Part shown: one piece after another, positions 23,536 to 32,232 of the stretch
Position numbering within the stretch: the first letter of the stretch is position 1
Layout: every line of letters begins with the position of its first letter
Origin: Schizochytrium sp. TIO01
Taxonomy: Eukaryota; Protista; Bigyra: Labyrinthulomycetes
Reading direction: 5' to 3'
Assembly (NCBI GenBank): GCA_004764695.1
Contig: SMSO01000031.1
Span: forward strand, 4,502,436 to 4,566,435
DNA length: 64,000 nucleotides
The notes under the pieces: model-generated
The model's database searches: none
What the model was told of the DNA's origin: nothing
Seen by the model: only the letters and a program-made list of their open reading frames with translations
Position numbers and translations under genes: made by a program

Positions 23536-26210
23536 TTACTGTTTCACGAGTCTTTTTGATATAAAATCCTGTAGACCTCCCATAAATGTTACAAGAAGTA
23601 TTTCCTCTGCAAATTCATGATCCTTATTATGACCAGAAGCAACGTTATGAGCAAGTTCATGGCAAAAGGTTACGTACCAGTAGCTTTCAATATATCTGCT
23701 GGGGTTTCGAGTTTGTAGCTGAACATGAGCGTACCGTGCATTAAAAAACAACTTGCCACCATAATTAAAAGCGATTCGTTCTGCATCTTCCCAGAATACA
23801 CGCATACAAGAAGCGAGATCAGATATATTGAAGACAGATCTCGCTAGATCCGCTATGAATATTGCAAACTCTGACATGAATCTTGCTCGCTCCTGATTGC
23901 AACCAAGTGAGACAGCCATGTCTACATTTTCTCCTTCATGATATAGAGGTAGTACTGAATTCGGAAATGCAAGTGGTATTAGATTGATGGCACTTTGGCC
24001 GGAGCAGTGCGATCTCTCAAACTGAAACGAAGCTGGGGCTCCGTTATGGCGAATGGCAGAGAGATATGGATCATTTGCTTGTTGAACTGTGCCATTGAAA
24101 CAAGCTTGCAAAAGTGTCGAGTTGCTCTGAGACTCGCCTAATGCCACCCCGCGTTTCTGCTCTGGAATATCTTCTTCAACTGTCTCAATTTCGCTGGAAT
24201 CTGAAGAGGGCTGTTTCGACTTATCCAAAGGTGCATGATTTTTTCTCTGTACAGACAAACTTGTAGGAGACTGTTCCGAAGAGTGAGGTAGATTTGCTGA
24301 ACAATTTCGACCATCCGAAGAAGAATGCACAGGATTGGGCAAGATTTGAACTGCATCAAGATCGCTAACTTGATGACGCATCATAGCGATCTTTTGCATC
24401 GCATCTAAGTCCATTGAGTATCCAACAACCTTTTGCAGACATATCTTTAAAGCCTCAGAATAGTAAAGCATCGTACAACCTCCTCCACAGCGAGTCTCAT
24501 TCTGCTTTGGGTCAATACACCTTTTCCCAGAGCTGCAAGACTGCTTTTGTACCCACTTGTGAGTGGCTTCTGGGCTATCGAGCAAAACCATATCTATTGC
24601 ATAAATTCGCTCATTCTGCTGATTCTTCCCTGGAACAACAAGGCGCTGATTCCCAGGTGGAAAACATTTATATACTAGCCTAGTATTCTTCAATGCTTTT
24701 TTGAACCAGGCAATACCTAAAGAACGAAAACGCTCAGCGGTCTCTTTTGCTTTCGCGTTCGGAGCAACCCAGTCCGGAAGATTATAGACTTGTTCTTCTG
24801 CTTTTGCCCAAAGCTCCACTACATCTGGGCAGTGTTGACTCATCTTCAGTAGTTCATACAATGGCTCAGGCACCTCAACAGGATTGAAGTTAAAGTACTC
24901 AGCATCCTGGGCTTCGTGGACGTCATTACTACGACTCACTCTCTAGCATACTGGATACGGCTCACGCACATTCGCATTCTGCTTTTTGAAAATTGATACT
25001 AGCCCATCTGCTAGAAGATCATAACAGTTCTTGCTAAATTCCCAGCTTGACAAATCTGCAGCCTTGTCTTCCTGCATATCAGATCGCCACTGCGACCCCT
25101 CAAGAGCATCACGATACTGTATCAGACTGTCTGTTGAGATTTTGACATTACTAAGACTACCCACGTCTCCTGCGCCATCGGGCTTTGCAAGAATGTCATA
25201 TAAAAACTGAACAAGCTTGCCAAAAGTGCTGTCTCGTTGTGTTTGGCTTCCTTCACTCTGATAATGCAAAGACTGAACCAGTATCGGAATCCACGCGATG
25301 AGATATCTAACAGTAATAGAGTCTCGGTCACGCGTGAAGTCGAACAATTTGTGAAGCTTCATTCCTGCCATAAAGTTCAGCCCAAACCCTTTGATATCTT
25401 TGCTCTTACATACAAATATGCCCCGTGCAAAGACCTTGCCGTGATGCTCTTCGCTAAATAGCACCTCCAAGACGTCGTCACCCACTTTCGGTGTCGGTGG
25501 TTGCATAAAGAGATAGTTTTCTCTCGGCACTGATAGCTTCACCTTACTCGGGGCTAAGAGACACACTGAATGGTGGTTGCAATTATCGCCAGTGTCTTTT
25601 GCTTCAAGAAACAGTTTGTTCTGGCTCGAGCCGCCCTCTTTTTCATGGAAAAATCTCCAATGCATCCTTCCTGTAAAAACCTGAACGTCCACATTCCTGG
25701 CGACAAGCCTGTTGATCTCAACTTTCATGCCTTCGCCATACGCCCCTGCAGCAGCCTTGCTTGTTTTTGGCTAAAACCTAAGGTCAGTGCATCTCTGTGG
25801 AGCACTGTTGAGAAATTGGTCAGTTCAATGTAGGTAGATTCTCCCAAGTTCTTCTCTAAAATGAAGCTTGCGATTATGTTACCTTGTTGAAGGGTTCGAA
25901 CATGATACAACAGTCTTGTGTTCATATCTACTTGAATGTCCTGAACAAACGACGGCTCGCCTCCCAAAGCCTCTAAGGTCCGATCGTACCAGTTTTGTAC
26001 GAGTTCACGAACTGAGCTGAAGCCATCAATCCAACTCGCATATTGATCGTTCATGTTTAAATCAAAGCGCCCACTATCTGCAGACGTTTGGGTTGTCTGT
26101 TGTATATCATTCCGTACCAAAACGCGTTGTCCTCCGATGGCTTTAGTGAATAGGTCTTGAGTTTCTCGGTTTGTCCATCTTTCAAAGCTGATGTGTTTCG
26201 GTTGGCTCAT
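23536..26210 (-). pseudogene. GHKL-ATPase + HExxH metalloprotease fusion gene, copy 1 (disrupted)
   Basis: Colinear with copies 2 and 3 but split into three ORFs. A 1-nt deletion lies in a T run (25764-25768; T5 versus T6 in copy 3) inside the ATP-lid motif, and TCG>TAG creates a stop at 24943-24945. ATG (MSQPKH) at 26210. Confidence 0.8.
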
Positions 26211-26500
26211 TTTGCTTGCTCGGGTTGTTGAAAGGGTGTCTGGTTGCGGCTTTAGTTTCTGAATATGCAAGCGTCTTCGCAATTAGGATCTGCTGTCAGT
26301 TGGAAAACGCGATCTATTTACTGAGTATATATTGAGTAATCAGTTTTATGCATAGGAGAGACGTACGGTCCTCTCATTACGGAAAATTCTGACTTTTCTC
26401 ATACTTTAAATTCCGATTTTGAGGTAAGCTAATTATAGCAAAGAGGTAAGTTGATGTACAATTGATAATGAAAGTACTGTCCTAAAGATTGTTTTTAAGG

Positions 26501-27343
26501 TACCTGCAGAGGTCTTTCAACATTTAGAAAAATCCAAGGCTACTTCAAATATTGAATCTTTGGGAGGTTTTACTTCAGCAACCATTTTGACAAAACCAAG
26601 TTGAGAACAAGTCCTGTACACTCACTTTCGCATTATACTCATCTTGTGCAAAAAAAATTGTCGAGCGCTTATATCTCACGAGGGCAGGACTATATATTCA
26701 GGTTTCTAGCCATGACAAGGTGACAGCATCTTGGAGCGAGAAGAACTCTATTTTCGTCAATAAAACTTACTTTCGAACTGAAAGTTCATGCCGTCAAGCG
26801 CTCGGGTATAGTATTAATGGTGCCTGCTTTATGAGCTTTAGTCTTGGATCTATGAAATTACTTTACGTCAACTGTAAACTCCGTTGCGGAGTCCGAATCA
26901 TGAAACTGCCCTAGTGTTAAGATCGCTAGTTGATTAGAATTAAACATTTTAAGGTCTATTTCTTACCGAGAATTGGGACTTTTCCAAAACGCGAACGATC
27001 AGTATCAATGATGTCATGAGCCTTTGGTTCACAAAAGAGGCTTTGAAAGTTCTTCTAATGACCCAGCGATCCGCTTACCTTGCGCGAGTTTCGAGGGCAT
27101 TTGGTTTTGGAAACATAAAGGGCCCTCGCAGGAGCATTTTGGCTTTGTACAGATCCTGAGCCATTTATTCTGGCTTCGCCTAGCTCTAATTTATCAGTTC
27201 TATGAATGCTATTGTAGTTTCGAGACCCTTAAATATGATTATATATATACAAACTTACTCAAGCGTATATAAGCCTCTTGGTTTCAGCGGGGTGAAGATG
27301 GTGATTGTGAAGTGTTCTTACTATAGATTATCTACATAATTTT
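26501..27343. repeat. 3' flank of copy 2, near-identical duplicate of 31382-32232
   Basis: Both begin tacctgcagaggtctttcaacatttagaaaaatcc and align up to the stop codons of copies 2 and 3. Confidence 0.95.
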
Positions 27344-30043
27344 TTAATGGTTGACTTGTGTATTATTCAACCTTCTTGATATAAAGTCATGTAACCCCCC
27401 CATATGTGATACAAGAAGTATTTCCTCCGCAGACTCATGATCCTTATTATGACCAGAAGCAACGTTATGAGCAAGTTCATGGCAAAAGGTTACGTACCAG
27501 TAGCTTTCAATATATCTGCTGGGGTTTCGAGTTTGTAGCTGAACATGAGCGTACCGTGCATTAAAAAACAACTTGCCACCATAATTAAAAGCGATTCGTT
27601 CTGCATCTTCCCAGAATACACGCATACAAGAAGCGAGATCAGATATATTGAAGACAGATCTCGCTAGATCCGCTATGAATATTGCAAACTCTGACATGAA
27701 TCTTGCTCGCTCCTGATTGCAACCAAGTGAGACAGCCATGTCTACATTTTCTCCTTCATGATATAGAGGTAGTACTGAATTCGGAAATGCAAGTGGTATT
27801 AGATTGATGGCACTTTGGCCGGAGCAGTGCGATCTCTCAAACTGAAACGAAGCTGGGGCTCCGTTATGGCGAATGGCAGAGAGATATGGATCATTTGCTT
27901 GTTGAACTGTGCCATTGAAACAAGCTTGCAAAAGTGTCGAGTTGCTCTGAGACTCGCCTAATGCCACCCCGCGTTTCTGCTCTGGAACATTTCCCACGAC
28001 GGTGTTGGGTTTGTTGAATCCTGGAGAGTGCTGGATTGGTTGATTGGAAGAAGTGTGACTCACGCCCTGTGAAGAAAGGTTTGCAGGAGACGAATTAGAA
28101 TCATATGCTGTATTTGGTGAATGATTTGATCTATTTGCAGAAGAATGCACCGGATCTGGCAAAATTTGAACTGCATCAAGATCGCTAACTTGATGACGCA
28201 TCATAGCGATCTTTTGCATCGAGTCTAAGTCCATCGAGTATCCAACAACCTTTTTGAGACATCTCTTCAAAGCCTCGGAATAGTAAAACATCGTACAACC
28301 TCCTCCACAACCAGAAGTCCCGCCCGCACTCTTCTTTTGATCAATACAGTTTTTCTCGGTGTTCCAGGTCTGCTTTTGAATCCACTCGTGAATTTTTCCT
28401 GGATGGTTAAGCAACATCATATCTATTGCATAAATTCGCTCATTCTGCTGATTCTTCCCTGGAACAACAAGGCGTTGGTTCCCAGGTGGAAAATATTTAT
28501 ATACTAGCCTAGCATCTCCTACGGCTTTCCCGAACCAGGCGATACCTAAAGAACGAAAACGCTCAGCGGTCTCTTTTGCTTTCTCGTTCGGAGGAACCCA
28601 GTTCGGAAGATTATAGACTTGTTCTTCTGCGTCTCTCCAAAGCTTGGCTAGATCCGGGCAGTGTTGACTCATCTTCAGTAGTTTATACAATGGCTCCGGC
28701 ACCTCCACAGGAGTGAAGTTAAAGTATTCAGCATCCTGGGCTTCGTGAATGTCATTACTACGACTAACTCTCGAGCATAGTGGATACGGCTTACGCACAT
28801 TCCAATTCTGCTTTTGGAAAATTGATACTATCTCATCTGCTAGAAGATCATAGCAGCTCTTGCTAAATTCCCAGCTAGACAAATCTGCATCCTTGTCTTT
28901 CTGCATACCAGATCGCCACTGCGGCCCCTCAAGAGCATCACGATAACGTATCAGTCTGTCTGTTGAGATTTTGACATCACTAAGACTATCTAATTCCCCT
29001 GCGCCATCGGGCTTTGCAAGAATGTCATATAAAAACTGAACAAGCTTGCCAAAAGTGCTGTCTCGTTGTGTTTGGCTTCCTTCACTCTGATAATGCAAAG
29101 ACTGAACCAGTATCGGAATCCACGCGATGAGACGTTTAATACGTATAGAGTCTCGGTCACGCGTGAAGTCGAACAATTTGTGAAGCTTCATTCCTGCCAT
29201 AAAGTTCAGCCCAAGCCCTTTGATATCTTTGCTCTTGCATACAAATATGCCACGTGCAAAGACCTTGCCGTGATGCTCTTCGCTAAATAGCACCTCCAAG
29301 ACGTCGTCACCCACTTTCGGTGTCGGTGGTTGCATAAAGAGATAGTTTTCTCTCGGTACTGATAGCTTCACCTTACTCGGGGCTAAGAGACACACTGAAT
29401 GGTGGTTGCAATTATCGCCAGTGTCTTTTGCTTCAAGAAACAGTTTGTTCTGGCTCGAACCGCCCTCTTTTTCATGGAAAAATCTCCAATGCATCCTTCC
29501 TGTAAAAACCTGAACATCCACATTCCTAGCGACAAGCCTGTTGATCTCAACTTTCATGCCTTCGCCATACCCCCCTGCAGCAGCCTTGCTCGTCTTTTGG
29601 CTAAAACCTAAGGTCAGTGCATCTCTGTGGAGCACTGTTGAGAAATTGGTCAGTTCAAGGTAGGTAGATTCTCCCAAGTTCTTCTCTAAAATGAAGCTTG
29701 CGGTTGTGTTACCTTGTTGAAGGGTTCGAACATGATACAACAGTCTTGTGTTCATATCTACTTGAATGTCCTGAACAAACGACGGCTCGCCTCCCAAAAC
29801 CTCTAAGGTTCGATCGTACCAGTTTTGTACGAGTTCACGAACCGAGCTGAAGCCATCAATCCAACTTGCATATTGATCGCTCATGTTTAGATCAAAGCGC
29901 CCACTATCTGCAGACGTTTGGGTTGTCTGTTGTATATCATTCCGTACCAAAACGCGTTGTCCTCTGATGACTTTAGTGAATAGGTCTTGAGATTCTTGGT
30001 TTCTCCATCTTTGAGATCTGATTTTATGTCTTCGTTGGCTCAT
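27344..30043 (-). CDS. GHKL-type ATPase + Wss1/SprT-like zinc metalloprotease fusion protein, copy 2 (899 aa, intact)
   Basis: N-box VRELVQNWYD, lid LGFSQKTSKAAAGGYGEGMK, GKVFARGIFV...DFTRDRD segment, Cys cluster, Ser/Asn-rich linker, C-terminal IAFNYGGKLFFN...TFCHELAHNVASGHNKDH. Confidence 0.85.
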   Translation of the reverse strand: MSQRRHKIRSQRWRNQESQDLFTKVIRGQRVLVRNDIQQTTQTSADSGRFDLNMSDQYASWIDGFSSVRELVQNWYDRTLEVLGGEPSFVQDIQVDMNTRLLYHVRTLQQGNTTASFILEKNLGESTYLELTNFSTVLHRDALTLGFSQKTSKAAAGGYGEGMKVEINRLVARNVDVQVFTGRMHWRFFHEKEGGSSQNKLFLEAKDTGDNCNHHSVCLLAPSKVKLSVPRENYLFMQPPTPKVGDDVLEVLFSEEHHGKVFARGIFVCKSKDIKGLGLNFMAGMKLHKLFDFTRDRDSIRIKRLIAWIPILVQSLHYQSEGSQTQRDSTFGKLVQFLYDILAKPDGAGELDSLSDVKISTDRLIRYRDALEGPQWRSGMQKDKDADLSSWEFSKSCYDLLADEIVSIFQKQNWNVRKPYPLCSRVSRSNDIHEAQDAEYFNFTPVEVPEPLYKLLKMSQHCPDLAKLWRDAEEQVYNLPNWVPPNEKAKETAERFRSLGIAWFGKAVGDARLVYKYFPPGNQRLVVPGKNQQNERIYAIDMMLLNHPGKIHEWIQKQTWNTEKNCIDQKKSAGGTSGCGGGCTMFYYSEALKRCLKKVVGYSMDLDSMQKIAMMRHQVSDLDAVQILPDPVHSSANRSNHSPNTAYDSNSSPANLSSQGVSHTSSNQPIQHSPGFNKPNTVVGNVPEQKRGVALGESQSNSTLLQACFNGTVQQANDPYLSAIRHNGAPASFQFERSHCSGQSAINLIPLAFPNSVLPLYHEGENVDMAVSLGCNQERARFMSEFAIFIADLARSVFNISDLASCMRVFWEDAERIAFNYGGKLFFNARYAHVQLQTRNPSRYIESYWYVTFCHELAHNVASGHNKDHESAEEILLVSHMGGLHDFISRRLNNTQVNH

Positions 30044-31276
30044 TTTGCTTGCTCGGGTTGTTGAAAGGGTGTCTGGTTGAGGCTTTAGTTTCTAAATATG
30101 CAAGCGCCTTTGCGATTGGAACTTGCTGTCCGCTTAAAATATTTGATCTATCTACTTATCTATTGAGTCTACTTCGCTTATTCAGGTCCATATAGAATTA
30201 AAAAATGCAATGTAGAGTTATCCTTTTGGTTGTGAACAGGAACTCCATTTTCTTAAATCGCTAATGACAAATATAATATGATCACAGCAATTAAGTAATC
30301 CAGTATACACATTTTTATGCTAGCTCTGCTATCTCTAAGTCTGTGGGCTTTGATTGAGCTATTTTTGAACAACAGGATTTGGACTATAGACACTCTCTGG
30401 CGAGGGACATAGGGAGATCGCATGATTTGATTGAATTTCTTTTGAGTGGATTCTGCTTCATCCAACTGTTAAAAACTTGATTCCAAGCTGAGAGCGGTCT
30501 GTCTACAGTGTTTGCTAGAGTGTGAGGCCTGCATATTTTGCCGTGGAGTTACGCTCCTAGCAATCAGACTACTTGTCGAGTGGCTCAGGATACTTAAAGC
30601 TTTAGTTCGATGGTTTATGACAGAACGAGTTCGACAGTACACTTTACAGTATTCGCCTATTCCAGTGGACTTCAGTCAGTCATGATCGAGTCATGATCGA
30701 TAAATGTAACTGAAAATGAAAATGGATCAAGTTTAACCCTCACTCTAGTCCTCTGTACCTATAAACTATGTCATTTGCTCTTACTTACGCTTTCGCCCAA
30801 GGAAAAGGATTGATAGCAGTAATGAGATCGCCCATTAGGCCTTCCGAGCACTAGGTAGTAGGGATATGACTTTGGTGAGACACCTGCTACCCTAGAACTT
30901 ACGTATGTATCCAGGTAGGAGGTATTTTGCAAATGGTAAGGAGTCTGATTATAAAGTCTTTCCTTAGACGCAGAGGTTCGGCTGAGGAATCACACCTAGA
31001 AGACATCGCAATTTGGTTTATTTAGGCGAAGAGGTGGGCGGTTTCTTCGTTCAAGTTATGCATATTCTATGAAGTCAGTGAGTACCGACATACTATCACA
31101 AAACTATATGGGGTGTGTACTTTTCCCCCCATTAACAAATTTTAGTTTCTGATTATTTATGAAGTTCCCCTAGTTACTCCCTAGGCTATCGATAAGAGGA
31201 TATGAGCATGAAACTGAAACCCTATTAGACAGGTGCATCATGTCTTTTCCTGAAACGTTCTAGTACTAAATTTTGA

Positions 31277-31362
31277 GATAGACAAGTCTGCATCTTTGTC
31301 TTCCTGCATACCAGATCGCCAATGTGACCCCTTTTTTAGAATATCACATCAGACAGCCTGTG
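31277..31362 (-). pseudogene. Short internal relic of a fourth GHKL-protease paralogue
   Basis: Minus strand reads GSHWRSGMQEDKDADLS, matching GSQWRSGMQKDKDADLSS of the full genes; flanked by non-coding sequence. Confidence 0.8.
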
Positions 31363-31381
31363 CAACTTTCGGTATTACTTA

Positions 31382-32232
31382 TACCTGCAGAGGTCTTTCA
31401 ACATTTAGAAAAATCCGAGGTTACTTCAAACATTGAATCTTTGGGAGGTTTTAGATCTTCTTCTTGAGCAACCACTTTGACAAAACCAAGTTGAGAGCAA
31501 GTCCTGTACACTCACTTTCGCATTATACTCATCTTGTGCAAAAAAAAATTGTCGAGCGCTTATATCTCACGAGGGCAGGAATATATATTCAGGTTTCTAG
31601 CCATGACAAGGTGACAGCATCTTGGAGCGAGAAGAACTCTATTTTCGTCAATAAAACTTACTTTCGAACTGAAGGTTCATGCCGTCAAGCGCTCGGGTAT
31701 AGTATTAATGGTGACTACTTTATGAGCTTTAGTCTTGGATCTATGAAATTACTTTACGTCAACTGTAAACTCCGTTGCAGAGTCCGGATCATGAAACTGC
31801 CCTAGTGTTAAGATCGCTAGTTGATTAGCAATAAACATTTTAAGGTCTATTTCTTACCGAGAATTGGGACTTTTCCAAAAAGCGAACCATCAGTAACAAT
31901 GATGTCATGAGCCTTTGGTTCACAAAAGAGGCTTTCAAAGTTCTTCTAATGACCCAGCGATCCGCTTACCTTGCGCAAGTTTCGAGGGCATTTGGTTTTG
32001 GAAACAGAAAGGGCCCTCGCAGGAGCATTGGCTTTGTACAGATCCTGAGCCATTTATTCTGGCTTCGCCTAGCTCTAATTTATCAGTTCTATGAATGCTA
32101 TTGTAGTTTCGAGACCCTTAAATATGATTATATATATACAAGCTTACTCAAGCGTATATAAGCCTCTTGGTTTCAGCGGGGTGAAGATGGTGATTGTGAA
32201 GTGTTCTTACTATGGATTATCTACATAAATTT
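31382..32232. repeat. 3' flank of copy 3, near-identical duplicate of 26501-27343
   Basis: Direct alignment by eye shows few substitutions and small indels. Confidence 0.95.

Noticed and set aside
26720-32161. Plus-strand ORFs in the duplicated flanks (26720-27272, 31464-32161) as partner or antitoxin genes of the array
   Set aside because: Reading frames are not preserved between the two near-identical copies (indels shift frames), starts are mostly non-ATG and no motifs are present.
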